The notes beneath the pieces were generated by a model. The model was not told where the DNA came from. It was given only the letters and a program-made list of their open reading frames with translations, and did no database searches. Positions 27,701 through 39,086 of a stretch of 64,000 nucleotides of DNA are shown here, piece after piece. How positions within the stretch are numbered: the stretch's first letter is position 1; each line of letters begins with the position of its first letter. The DNA is from Acidobacteriota bacterium (GTDB lineage Bacteria > Acidobacteriota > UBA4820): contig JAKQCT010000014.1 of the NCBI GenBank assembly GCA_029559035.1, positions 11,520-75,519 of the forward strand, in the 5' to 3' direction. Position numbers and translations under genes: made by a program.

Positions 27701-29599
27701 TCCGGAACACGCGGCCGAGTCCGTTGCGGTCACGGCGAAACTGTAGCTTCCCGAAACCGATGGAGTTCCGGTAATCGTACCGTCGTCTGCAAGCACGAGT
27801 CCTGAAGGAAGAGACCCGCCGGTCAAGGAAAAAGCATAAGGAGGCGTTCCTCCGGAGGCTGATATCTTTTGGCTGTATACGGTGCCGGGGATCGCCGTGG
27901 GAAGTGTTTCCGGGGAAAGAGTTATAGCGGGGCAGCTTCCGCCTCCGACCGAGAGCGCGTAAAGATTCGATCCTGCGCATCCGTCCTTGTCGTAGGCGTA
28001 AACAAGCAAAGGATAGTTTCCAGCGGAAACAGGGGTCCCGGACAGGATCCCGTCCTTAGACAGGGTGATGCCTTCGGGAGGAACGGTGTATCCGAGAGCG
28101 TATGTGTATGGCGATGCTCCTCCGGAAGCGGTTATGGCCTGGTAGTATTCAACGCCGGTCTGGGCTTGCGGAAGCACCGACGGAGAAAGAGTTATGGATG
28201 GACAGTATCCCGAACATTGCAGCTGAACGACTGCGGAAGTAGCGACGGGAGAGGCTCCGGAATCAGTCGCGGAAAAGGAAGGGGTCTCAACTTCAGCGTA
28301 TGAAGGGGCCGGCGATACAGCTGTCGCCTGGGCGGTCAGCGATGTTGAAAAAATGAAGGAGCACCCTGTTCCTATGCCGCCTGTCGTATTAAGCCTCATT
28401 ATCCACCAGTCGGAACCGTACGAAGCGGGATTGTACGAATCTCCGCCGACGATGTAGCCTCCGTCGGCAGTCTGCGCCGCGCTCTTCGCCAGGTCGTCCC
28501 CGGCACCCGCGTACCCTTTCTGCCAGGCTATGTTACCGAGGGAATCCAGCTTCACGATCCAGAAGTCGTTGTCTCCGGCTCCGATGGAATTCGATGAGCA
28601 CGCCATGATGAAACCGCCGTCCGTCGTCTGCCTTATGTCGTTCGTCTGATCATCCCCGGGTCCTCCGTATTTTTTCTGCCATGTGACCGCACCCGAGGCG
28701 TTCAATTTCAGCACCCAGCAGTCATAGTCATACTGTCCGCTGAAGGAATTGGAAAAACCGCCAACGATGTAACCTCCGTCGCTGGTCACCCGGAGGGAAG
28801 TGGAGACATCCTCGCCGGAATCGCCGTAAAAATATTCCCAGATAACGCTGCCCGCGGAATCGGTCCTGAACACCCATGCGTCCATCGGGCCGTTGGCGTA
28901 GTTCTCGCCCTTGTCCATGAGGCCGCTCGAACCCGCTACGACATAGCCTCCGTCCGAAGTCTGCCTTACCGCGGTGCAGGTCTCTGCGTCGGTCGAAGTG
29001 CCGTATGTCTTTTTCCAGGACAGCTCGCCCCCGGCGCCAAGCTTGAGGAGTAGAATGTCCGAGTTTCCCGCGCCGAAGCTCTCGGTGTCGCAGGCCACCA
29101 TGTAACCGCCGTCGGAGGTTTGAATTATCGAGGCAGAGCTGTCTCCGTTGACTCCTCCGTATGTTCTCTGCCACCCGATTATTCCCGCGGGATTGAGCTT
29201 TAAAACCCACACGTCGCTGGAACCCGCTCCGAAAGCGTATGTGAACCCCGCCAGCACGTAGCCCCCGTCCGAAGTCTGGATGACGCTCAAGGCTCCGGAA
29301 GGATATGTGCTCCCGTAGTACGCGTTCTGCCACGCGATCTCTCCTGCGGAATCAAGTTTTACCACCCAGACGCCTCCGGAAGACGCACTGAACGAATAAG
29401 TGGATCCGGCTGACAGAAAACCGCCGTCTGCTGTAGGTATGACCTCGGAGATCTCGTCATACCCGCTTCCGCCGTAAGTCCTCGACCAGGTCGTCTGCGC
29501 AGCCGTAGCGATGCCAGGTACCATGAACAATGCCAACAGAAGGGCTATCGCGGGCAGAAAATCTTTCCGTAAAACGTTGCAAGAGATTCTAGCTGACAT
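24776..29599 (-). CDS. Giant secreted multidomain protein A (1607 aa): signal peptide, seven ~50-aa propeller-like repeats, three He_PIG-like Ig repeats, Lipase_2-like alpha/beta-hydrolase core with Asp at the nucleophile elbow, IPT and Ig-like domains, and a conserved IPT-like C-terminal module
   Basis: The ATG at 29599 has a GGGAGGTG RBS. The signal peptide is LPAIALLLALFMVPGIATAAQ. The propeller repeats follow the pattern W..TYGG.G.D......QTSDGGY...G.T.SFGAG..D.W..KL...G. The hydrolase core reads PIVMLHGMFGCY...FTLVAHDMGGLIARILG. Confidence 0.8.
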   Translation of the reverse strand: MSARISCNVLRKDFLPAIALLLALFMVPGIATAAQTTWSRTYGGSGYDEISEVIPTADGGFLSAGSTYSFSASSGGVWVVKLDSAGEIAWQNAYYGSTYPSGALSVIQTSDGGYVLAGFTYAFGAGSSDVWVLKLNPAGIIGWQRTYGGVNGDSSASIIQTSDGGYMVACDTESFGAGNSDILLLKLGAGGELSWKKTYGTSTDAETCTAVRQTSDGGYVVAGSSGLMDKGENYANGPMDAWVFRTDSAGSVIWEYFYGDSGEDVSTSLRVTSDGGYIVGGFSNSFSGQYDYDCWVLKLNASGAVTWQKKYGGPGDDQTNDIRQTTDGGFIMACSSNSIGAGDNDFWIVKLDSLGNIAWQKGYAGAGDDLAKSAAQTADGGYIVGGDSYNPASYGSDWWIMRLNTTGGIGTGCSFIFSTSLTAQATAVSPAPSYAEVETPSFSATDSGASPVATSAVVQLQCSGYCPSITLSPSVLPQAQTGVEYYQAITASGGASPYTYALGYTVPPEGITLSKDGILSGTPVSAGNYPLLVYAYDKDGCAGSNLYALSVGGGSCPAITLSPETLPTAIPGTVYSQKISASGGTPPYAFSLTGGSLPSGLVLADDGTITGTPSVSGSYSFAVTATDSAACSGSRTYSLAVGCDGTTGALDGFITVSDEEGEEYYILDGPGVSGTVTATDSKGGTHVADISGGYFDFGELPYGPCSLVATIRYTDHIPYDASLLALGCPSPLNGVIVKSVSSPPLYVDVACNEDNSAMVDFEKPIVMLHGMFGCYEKWYGGDPADPDFYSYWDNYARRQGVISFTPNYEWWGDAGSWITRTEEVLDQVHRDMASLTNQGVPPFTLVAHDMGGLIARILGSPIYSDDPAVRQIRTAFIIGTPNSGFDFNPRSGKDGLLGPNSIIRYFNDAYPDFGNLDVYAIAGNRGWWGTDNNDGKVSLRSAFTITRVACKGGDCVAYPALSLDSGAEHVFRFRHNELGSPESVEEIFENVILLTGRSRWRMDEKGIPEAPVGGVGWGTVGRSSATMGTGSASLRSEASQDYPFTVSNCDGMAVFVTVTSGSGSFKIIDPSGFQHDLDNNAFIKPAPEPGTWILRANPGASGMTFDASAVDNSIFGIKAYLTGEYVGEGVKTTLRADRDGDWSAVMPSTVKAFMYDGSGNLVQSLDLADNGGYFSHEFGAPSSPGTYQIVVKAEGTYGGDPFTRVEFETLNVLPSSHYFTGTFSDSPVDGNGDGKYDGLAFSADVLISGQGYFVVSADLFDSSGNFLSHSTASISAGRASSQALLLFDLKDLKCSQLSSPLQVGGLRVLDADSLRAVDVWGQEVSTQSYSSSQFCCDPSEPAPQVLYVTPSSVVAGTTPNMAIVGRNFDENAIVTFDAGVGKLISVLHKENFENRVIYSTISIPASAVGHVNVRVTNPDGSDGVLHEVLVSEEDSAPEVSFDGLENGSVVGGYLDIIANASDDVKVASVSFELDGALQKVAASFPFIWYWDTSASAVGTHTVKATATDSAGHQASTQAVVSVVQPPVVSMMSKKGSPFRIVTLGSNLQEDITVYINGEMWTNVAWKSSGKIVIKGGSLLKSKVPKGTPTTFTFVNDDGGQQVLVWQW

Positions 29600-29784
29600 G
29601 GGCCACCTCCCTTTGCGTTAAAAAACTCCATTATATACTAAGCTCTGCGAAAGAGCTTGTCAAATCTGGCTCGCGGGCGAAAATAAATGATTTTCCCCGA
29701 ATCCTCGAACATGAAAAAGACAAGGGAATGATTCTCTTGGAATATAATAATTAATCAAATAATATCAATGTGATACCCCACATC

Positions 29785-29813
29785 TTGACAATTCAATACG
29801 CAGATATTATTAT
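29785..29813 (+). promoter_or_regulatory. Near-consensus sigma70 promoter (TTGACA-N17-TATTAT) upstream of clpB
   Basis: TTGACA at 29785-29790 and TATTAT at 29808-29813 with an exact 17-nt spacer. It lies about 30 nt upstream of an AAGGAGG RBS and the GTG at 29844. No CIRCE-like inverted repeat was seen. Confidence 0.5.
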
Positions 29814-29843
29814 AAGACTTGGCTTAATGTATAAGGAGGAACC

Positions 29844-32436
<2,593 letters not shown>

Positions 32437-32466
32437 TGATCGCTTGACTGTTTCCCGGAGGTGAAG

Positions 32467-33321
32467 ATGTTCGGTAATTGGGCGAAAACTGCTTTCCTGC
32501 TGACGGCAATGGCGGCGCTTTTCATGATAGTCGGGTATCTGCTGGGCGGCCCCGGAGGGATGGCCATAGCTTTCATTATCGCCATCGTCATGAACTTCGT
32601 GTCTTACTTTTTTTCTGACAAGATAGTAGTCAAGTCTTACGGCGCGAAACCGCTTTCGGAGAGCGAAGCTCCAAGGCTCCACGCCATAGTGGCCGAGCTT
32701 TCGGCGGCCGCCGGGATCCCCAAGCCTCCCCTTTACATGATGCAGCAGAGCGCGCCGAACGCCTTCGCCACGGGAAGGAACCCCAGGCACGCGCTCGTCT
32801 GCGTTACATCGGGCCTGGTGGAACTGCTGAACGAGGAGGAGGTGAAAGGGGTCATCGCCCACGAGATAGGGCACATCGTCAACAGGGACATACTTCTTCA
32901 GACGATAGTCGCCTCGTTCGCATCCGCGATAATGTTCCTCGCGCAGATGGCCAGGTGGACCGCCATGATGGGAGGCGGGAGAGACCGCGAAGGACGGGGA
33001 GGCGGGATCAACCTGATCGCAATGCTGGTAGCAGTCATCCTCGCCCCGATAGCGGCAATGCTTATCCAGATGGCGATCTCCCGGTCGAGGGAGTACGGCG
33101 CGGACGCCACAGGCGCGAAGCTCGCAGGGACGCCCGACGGCCTGGCGAACGCCCTCAGGAAGCTTTTCGCAGCCTCGAAAAGAGTACCGCTGAACGCGGG
33201 GCCCGCCACGGCGCACATGTTCATAGTGAAGCCCCTCACGGGCGACGCGCTGATGAACCTCTTCTCGACCCATCCGCCTCTTGAGAGAAGAATAGAGAGG
33301 CTCTTGGGCAGAACCGAGTAG
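32467..33321 (+). CDS. htpX: Membrane zinc metalloprotease HtpX (M48)
   Basis: HEIGHIVNRD is the HExxH zinc-binding motif. There are two N-terminal TM helices. ATG at 32467 is correctly spaced from the GGAGG RBS, whereas the track GTG at 32461 directly abuts the RBS. Confidence 0.88.
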   Translation: MFGNWAKTAFLLTAMAALFMIVGYLLGGPGGMAIAFIIAIVMNFVSYFFSDKIVVKSYGAKPLSESEAPRLHAIVAELSAAAGIPKPPLYMMQQSAPNAFATGRNPRHALVCVTSGLVELLNEEEVKGVIAHEIGHIVNRDILLQTIVASFASAIMFLAQMARWTAMMGGGRDREGRGGGINLIAMLVAVILAPIAAMLIQMAISRSREYGADATGAKLAGTPDGLANALRKLFAASKRVPLNAGPATAHMFIVKPLTGDALMNLFSTHPPLERRIERLLGRTE

Positions 33322-33334
33322 CGGGTAAGCCACG

Positions 33335-34660
33335 ATGAGAAAATTCCTTTTTCCCTTCATCATCGCAATAGCCGCGTTCGTCAGTGCTTACTCGCAGGAC
33401 GTCCAGAGAGAGAACGCGGTCGTGAGGGTCGTAAAGAAGGTAAGCCCGGCGGTAGTTTCGATTTCGGCCACGCAGCGCGTCCAGAACCCTTTCTTTTTCG
33501 GGGATTTCTGGGACCTTTTCGGCTTCGGAAGGCAGCAGCAGTTCGACTGGGAAGGGCCGCCTTCCCTGGAAAACTCCCTCGGAAGCGGGTTCATCGTGGA
33601 TTCCCAGGGTTACATCCTGACGAACGAACACGTCGTGCTCAGCGGACAGGAGATAAAGGTGACCCTGAGCTCGGGAAAAAGCTACTCGGCAAAGCTTGTA
33701 GGAGCGGCTCCCGAGGCAGACCTGGCGCTTTTGAAGATCGAGGCGGGCGCGCCCCTGCCATACGTCGAGCTGGGAAGTTCCGATGATCTCATGATAGGGG
33801 AGAACGTGATCGCCGTCGGAAATCCCTTCGGCCTTTCAAAGACCGTTACGGTCGGAGTGCTTTCCGCCACCGGCAGGACGGTCAACGCTGGAAGCAGAAG
33901 CTACTCCGACTTCCTCCAGACTGACGCCGCGATAAACCCCGGGAACTCGGGGGGCCCGCTCCTTAACATTCTGGGAAAGGTCATAGGAGTCAACACCGCG
34001 ATAATCAAGAACGCCGAAGGGATCGGTTTCGCCATACCGGTGAGCAGGGCGAAAAGGGTCATGGACCAGCTCAAGAACTTCGGAAGGGTGAGGCCGACCT
34101 GGATCGGCGTCCTCGCAGTCGATCCTTCCGCAGCGTACCGGTCGAGATCCGGGATCGACGGCGGAGTAGTCGTCGCAAGGACATATCCTTTCGCGCTTCC
34201 CGCGGCTTCGCAGCTTCAGAAAGGCGACATCATAACCAAGCTGAACGGCAGGGAGATCAAGAGCGTCGGAGATTTCAACGCCCAGCTCGCCCTGATGAAC
34301 GGGGGAGAGACCGCATATCTGGAGATCGTCCGAAACAAGGCGAGGCAGAACCTCTCCCTGAAATGCGCCCTTCTTCCAGAATCGCTGACGGCGGCTATGG
34401 GATGGGAACTTCTCGGACTGAGAGTCTCGGACGGCAGGAACGGCGTCGCCGTCGCTTCTGTCAGGGAAGGTTCTCCCGCCGAATCCGCGGGCCTCAGGAC
34501 AGGTGATGTCATAACCGCGATAGAGGACGAGCGGATCGCCACTCCATCCCAGTTCCTGTCGCGAGCCAGATCGGCTTTCACGTCCACGGGTCTTCCCATA
34601 ACCGTCGCTAGAGGAAGATGGAGCTATTACGTGTCTTTGAACATGGCGCAGAATGATTGA
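33335..34660 (+). CDS. Periplasmic serine endoprotease DegP/HtrA family (trypsin-like plus PDZ)
   Basis: It has a signal peptide. The catalytic triad context is TNEHVV, DLALLKI and GNSGGPL. PDZ-like regions lie at the C-terminus. Confidence 0.88.
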   Translation: MRKFLFPFIIAIAAFVSAYSQDVQRENAVVRVVKKVSPAVVSISATQRVQNPFFFGDFWDLFGFGRQQQFDWEGPPSLENSLGSGFIVDSQGYILTNEHVVLSGQEIKVTLSSGKSYSAKLVGAAPEADLALLKIEAGAPLPYVELGSSDDLMIGENVIAVGNPFGLSKTVTVGVLSATGRTVNAGSRSYSDFLQTDAAINPGNSGGPLLNILGKVIGVNTAIIKNAEGIGFAIPVSRAKRVMDQLKNFGRVRPTWIGVLAVDPSAAYRSRSGIDGGVVVARTYPFALPAASQLQKGDIITKLNGREIKSVGDFNAQLALMNGGETAYLEIVRNKARQNLSLKCALLPESLTAAMGWELLGLRVSDGRNGVAVASVREGSPAESAGLRTGDVITAIEDERIATPSQFLSRARSAFTSTGLPITVARGRWSYYVSLNMAQND

Positions 34661-35210
34661 GAACATGGAAAACGAAAAAAAGAACAGGAAAGTGAAGGTC
34701 ATAGACAGGAGAAGGGTAGGGCTGAACGATGACGCCCCTTCGGAAGAGCCGTCCCTCAAACCGAGCTATGTCGAGCAGCTCGAATCCAAAGTGTCAAGGA
34801 TGGAAACCGCCCTCAGATCTAAGATGGAAGAGCTGGAGGACGAAGCGGCAAGGTCCAGGGAAAGGGTGGCCAGGGACGCGGAGAAAAGGTTCGAGGAAAA
34901 GGCCGACGCTCTTCTCCTCGATGTCCTTGATATCCTTGAGACAGTTGAACGGGCGGCGAAGCTTGTCTCCCAGGATCCAACGACCCGCGAGGGATTCGAA
35001 CTGCTCCGTCAATCCCTGGAAAGATTCCTTGAGAAGAACGGGCTGGAAAAGATCTCCGCGCTCGGCGAAGATTTCGATCCCAACATGATGGAGGCTCTTT
35101 CCATGGCGCCGGGGCCCAGGGGCAAGGTCGTGGAGATCTTCCAGAACGGTTATTTCAGAGGGGACAAGCTTCTCAAGCCGGCCCGCGTGGTCGTGGGTTC
35201 GGGAGGCTGA
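34653..35210 (+). CDS. grpE: Nucleotide exchange factor GrpE
   Basis: LLLDVLDILETVERA is followed by a long N-terminal coiled coil, then GYFRGDKLLKPARVVV. The gene overlaps the htrA stop by 8 nt. No dnaK lies adjacent. Confidence 0.82.
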   Translation: MIENMENEKKNRKVKVIDRRRVGLNDDAPSEEPSLKPSYVEQLESKVSRMETALRSKMEELEDEAARSRERVARDAEKRFEEKADALLLDVLDILETVERAAKLVSQDPTTREGFELLRQSLERFLEKNGLEKISALGEDFDPNMMEALSMAPGPRGKVVEIFQNGYFRGDKLLKPARVVVGSGG

Positions 35211-35215
35211 GCGGA

Positions 35216-35956
35216 TTGGAACTCGTCTTCTCATCGGGCCCTCCTCTCAGCGATCTGGCTTTCGAGAGAGACATCCTCGCAGCAGCGGTGGCCGAACCGG
35301 TCCTCTTCATTTACGAATGGAAAACCCCTTTCCTCGTGATGGGTTATTCACAGGACTTCGCCGGGATCAGGATCGATCACCTCCGCTCTTCCGGGATCAC
35401 GGTACTCAGGCGAATGACAGGAGGCACGGCCGTTCTGGGCAGGAAAGCGCTCTCGGCGAGCCTCGTCGTTCCTGCCGGAAAAGAAGGGAGGAGAGATCTT
35501 TCCATAACCGGGTGCTACGACCTTTTCACGTGTTCTATCCGCGACGGACTTAAAGAGGGCGGGGTAATAGCTGAAAGATGCTCAGTCAGAGAAAAGAGCG
35601 GTTCTCCGGTATGCTTTTTCGGCAGAGGTCCGGAGACGCTGCTCGTCGAAGGGAGAAAAATATTCGGCGGGGCCCAGAGAAGGATCTCGGGCCTGGCTCT
35701 TGTCCATGGCGTCCTGCTGCTGGACGAGGCGCCCGACCTCCATGCGCTCGTCTTCGGCGTGACCGAGGAAGAAGTTCAAAGAAGGATCGCTTCCGTTGGG
35801 GTGAACGACATCGGAAGGCTGAAACGGAACATCGGACTTGCCTTCGCCCAGAGGCTGGACGAAAAGATAACAGGCATTTTCAAAGCCGAACCGACCCTCG
35901 CGTCGATCAAAGAGCAGAAAAGCGGCAAGTGGTCCCCACTTTCCGGCATCCGATAA
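35216..35956 (+). CDS. BPL/LplA/LipB-family lipoate-protein ligase or octanoyltransferase (LplA/LipM-like)
   Basis: It has RRMTGGTAV and the catalytic-lysine motif RKIFGGAQRR. The protein is 246 aa, catalytic domain only. Confidence 0.65.
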   Translation: MELVFSSGPPLSDLAFERDILAAAVAEPVLFIYEWKTPFLVMGYSQDFAGIRIDHLRSSGITVLRRMTGGTAVLGRKALSASLVVPAGKEGRRDLSITGCYDLFTCSIRDGLKEGGVIAERCSVREKSGSPVCFFGRGPETLLVEGRKIFGGAQRRISGLALVHGVLLLDEAPDLHALVFGVTEEEVQRRIASVGVNDIGRLKRNIGLAFAQRLDEKITGIFKAEPTLASIKEQKSGKWSPLSGIR

Positions 35957-36032
35957 CCCCCCCCTTCGACATGCTCTTCCTTGAAAAAGGACGAAGAAGG
36001 GAATAGCATGAAAACTTGCAAGGGGGAAGAAA

Positions 36033-38267
36033 ATGAAAAAAAGTGTCCTCTTGATGGCTGTGGTGTTGCTTATCGGCATCGCTTTCCGGGCTTCGGACAG
36101 GACCGGCGGAGGGGGAACGGGGCCGGTCCCGGACAGGTTCTTCAACCCGTCATGGTCACCGGACGGGAAGTACCTCGCCTTCACTGGGCCCCACCATAAA
36201 GGATTGTATGTCCTGGCCCCGCGGACAGGGAATGAAGTTATTGTCGTCTCGGACCTGGGATCCGGTTATCGTTTCAACTGGTCGCCAGACGGAAAGAAGC
36301 TCGGCTTCAAGGACTTCGAAAAAAAGGCGGACGGCAGGTATCTTCAGATCCCATCGGTCTACGAGATCGGGACTGGAAGAGTCACCCGGCTGACAGATCC
36401 CGTGGAGGCGGCTGGGGTGCCTTCCTTCTCCGAGGACGGAAAGACGGTTCTGACCGTGGAGAACGCCATCATAGTTATCGATCCTTCCGGAGCCGTCCGC
36501 TCAAGCCACGACATCGGCCTTTACGTGAATCTCGCTCCCGTCTCCCCTGACGGGACGAAAGCGTTGTTCAACGATAACGAAGATAAGCTCTGGATGATAG
36601 ACCTGTTTTCTTCCGGAAAAACGCGCGTCACGGGAGGGGAAGAGGGCTACTTCGGGCCCCGCTGGTCGCCGGACGGAAGGTCCATCGTCTATTCCAGGCC
36701 TGAAGGGGAACCGGGAAGGGACATGAAAGGCAGGCACATCTGCCAGATATCGCCGGATGGAGGGCGATTTGAAATTCTCACAGATTCTTCCGCCGAATTC
36801 TTCGACGAGCCCTCGTTGTCGCCTTACGGAGAAATCGCTTTCTGCACGGCGGAGACGGGAAAGATCCTTCTGGCCGGACTCACCGGCATGAAGAAAGAAA
36901 GCACGGCGGCGGGAAATGGTACCCGGGAAATGCGCTTCGATGGTTATAGTTTCAGGAACCCCGTTCCGTCATCGCCCGTGCCGGTCATCCCCGGGTCCGC
37001 ATATGTTCCGCCGGAGCCGGCCGCGGACACGGTTATTCCCGGCGTGCCTTACATGCACCAGGTGTACGACACTCCAAACTGGTTCAACGGCCACTGGGCG
37101 TGCAACGCCACCTCCGCGATGATGTGCATAGCCTACTACAAGATTCTTCCTTTCTGGGACTGCGTCGTTTCCGTTCCTTATTCGCACGTCAGCCACTACG
37201 GGAACTATGTCTCGGAGATATACAGCTACAACGGCTACACTTACGACATCTCATCACCAGATCCGAGCGGCGATCCCGCGTGGGGAGGCTACGGTTACAT
37301 CGTCCGCAACGATTGGGAGGAGACCAGGGGTTACATGAGGGACTACTTCTACCACAACGGCCTCGATTACGCCGCGGTGGACTGGTCGCCGACCTGGGCT
37401 GAATACCAGGCGGAGACGAGCGCGCTCCATCCGACGGTCTTTCTTTCATTGATAACTTCTTCGGGTCACTATACGGTGGGCAGGGGAAACATAACCAACT
37501 GGCACACCGCGATATTCAACGACCCTTACGGTGACAAGAACGAAGGTTACATGAACTACAACGGGGAATACGTCTATTACGACTGGCCGGGCTACGACAA
37601 CGGCTACGAGAACCTCAACACGATGTCATGCTTCATTTACGCCAGGCACGCCCTCTGCGCAGAGCCGTCCGCTCCGGTGATCGCTTCGGTGAACGACACC
37701 GATCCCTGTCAGCAGAACGGAGTCCGGATCAATTATTCTTCAGGCGCCCCGGCTACCAGGCACGACCTGTATGTCGACGGCTCCCTTGCGGTGGAAGGCT
37801 GCGCGTCCGGAACTACCTATGATCCGGGAGACACTGCGGAACACAGCTACACGGTGAGGGCGCTCAACTCCGTGCCGGGATGTTTCACCGATTCAAATTC
37901 GCTCCCGGGAACGGATGTTCACATTACCTGCTCCCCTCCCACAATGCCTGTCGTCGAGACAGTGAACACCGACAAGAGCGGTTTCGGCTGGGGAACGGTA
38001 GATGCCGATCATGTAAGGGCCCTGCGCGGACTTGGCTCGGACCTTCCCGCGCTCTGCACCACTTCAACGGATTTTTCATGTTACGCCATAGGCCTGACAA
38101 GCAGTCTTTCTATCAATTCTGATGATCCGTCGGCCGTGGAGGGAAGGTGCTTCTATTATCTTCTTCAGGGCTACAACGGAGGAGACGCCGACGCTTACCT
38201 GGGTCCCATCGGAGACGCCACTCCTCCGTGCGTGAGGCAGGTCCAACCTCCCGAGGATTGCGACTAA
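36033..38267 (+). CDS. Secreted TolB-like PD40 beta-propeller fused to a Peptidase_C39_2-like domain and a Cys-rich, Fn3-like C-terminus
   Basis: It has a signal peptide. The PD40 repeats include PSWSPDGKYLAF, FNWSPDGKKLGF and PRWSPDGRSIVY. The C39-like motif is YMHQVYDTPNWFNGHWACNATSAMMCIAYY. The C-terminal 200 aa carry at least 10 Cys and an HSYTVRALN Fn3-like strand. Confidence 0.6.
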   Translation: MKKSVLLMAVVLLIGIAFRASDRTGGGGTGPVPDRFFNPSWSPDGKYLAFTGPHHKGLYVLAPRTGNEVIVVSDLGSGYRFNWSPDGKKLGFKDFEKKADGRYLQIPSVYEIGTGRVTRLTDPVEAAGVPSFSEDGKTVLTVENAIIVIDPSGAVRSSHDIGLYVNLAPVSPDGTKALFNDNEDKLWMIDLFSSGKTRVTGGEEGYFGPRWSPDGRSIVYSRPEGEPGRDMKGRHICQISPDGGRFEILTDSSAEFFDEPSLSPYGEIAFCTAETGKILLAGLTGMKKESTAAGNGTREMRFDGYSFRNPVPSSPVPVIPGSAYVPPEPAADTVIPGVPYMHQVYDTPNWFNGHWACNATSAMMCIAYYKILPFWDCVVSVPYSHVSHYGNYVSEIYSYNGYTYDISSPDPSGDPAWGGYGYIVRNDWEETRGYMRDYFYHNGLDYAAVDWSPTWAEYQAETSALHPTVFLSLITSSGHYTVGRGNITNWHTAIFNDPYGDKNEGYMNYNGEYVYYDWPGYDNGYENLNTMSCFIYARHALCAEPSAPVIASVNDTDPCQQNGVRINYSSGAPATRHDLYVDGSLAVEGCASGTTYDPGDTAEHSYTVRALNSVPGCFTDSNSLPGTDVHITCSPPTMPVVETVNTDKSGFGWGTVDADHVRALRGLGSDLPALCTTSTDFSCYAIGLTSSLSINSDDPSAVEGRCFYYLLQGYNGGDADAYLGPIGDATPPCVRQVQPPEDCD

Positions 38268-39061
38268 CCGGCCTTCAACTCCCTCGAGATGTATTCGACC
38301 GAAAGGCATCTGCCGGTCGACGCGTCGAGTTCGGCGAAAACCGCGGAGAGCGCCGGGCGGCCTTTTGCGACTTCCAGGACATTTGGCATCCCTGTGACGA
38401 TCCTTTCGATGGAGCCTTCCTTCTTCATCCCGATGACGGAATCGTAGGGACCGGTCATTCCGACGTCGCTTATATAACCGGTGCCGCCTTTCAGGATCTC
38501 GAGGTCCCTGGTGGCGACATGTGTGTGCGTCCCGAGAAGGAGGCTCACCCGTCCGTCGAGGCAGTATCCCATCGCTTTCTTTTCGCTGGTGGCCTCGGCG
38601 TGGAAATCCACGACGATCAGCTTTTCTGACGGCGGCAGGCTTTTCAGGAACGATTCCATCGCTAGAAAAGGGCAGGCGATGGGAGGCATCATCACCTTTC
38701 CCTGGATGTTGACGACCCAGAAAGGGATGTCTATCACATTCTCGAGCCTGACGGAGCCCCTGCCTGGAACTCCCTCGGGGAAATTCATCGGCCTGATTAT
38801 GTCTGGCCTCTCCCGGAAGAAGGGGATGATCTCCTTCTTGTCCCAGACGTGGTTGCCGGTCGTTATGACGTCGACTCCGATGTCGAAGAGTTCCGCGGCC
38901 GTCTCCGGCGTCAAACCGAAGCCTCCCGCGGCGTTCTCGCCGTTGGCGATGGTGACGTCCACGGATCTTTCGGCCTTTATGCCGGGGAGGAAATGCCTGA
39001 CGACCCTGCGGCCTATCCTTCCGATTATGTCGCCTATGAAGAGAACCTTGACAGTAGCCAT
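38264..39061 (-). CDS. YmdB-like metallophosphoesterase (TIGR00282 family)
   Basis: VLFIGDIIGRIGRR, NGENAAGGFG and GNHVWD are the canonical YmdB motifs. The gene lies downstream of rny, as in the conserved rny-ymdB pair. Confidence 0.88.
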   Translation of the reverse strand: MATVKVLFIGDIIGRIGRRVVRHFLPGIKAERSVDVTIANGENAAGGFGLTPETAAELFDIGVDVITTGNHVWDKKEIIPFFRERPDIIRPMNFPEGVPGRGSVRLENVIDIPFWVVNIQGKVMMPPIACPFLAMESFLKSLPPSEKLIVVDFHAEATSEKKAMGYCLDGRVSLLLGTHTHVATRDLEILKGGTGYISDVGMTGPYDSVIGMKKEGSIERIVTGMPNVLEVAKGRPALSAVFAELDASTGRCLSVEYISRELKAG

Positions 39062-39086
39062 CTTAGAAGTGATTCCCCGTCCCTGC

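Noticed and set aside
29770-29843. The long-ORF start for clpB (MIPHILTIQYADIIIRLGLMYKEEP...)
   Set aside because: The sigma70 promoter at 29785-29813 lies downstream of it. AAGGAGG-N5-GTG at 29844 gives an N-terminus that aligns with ClpB.
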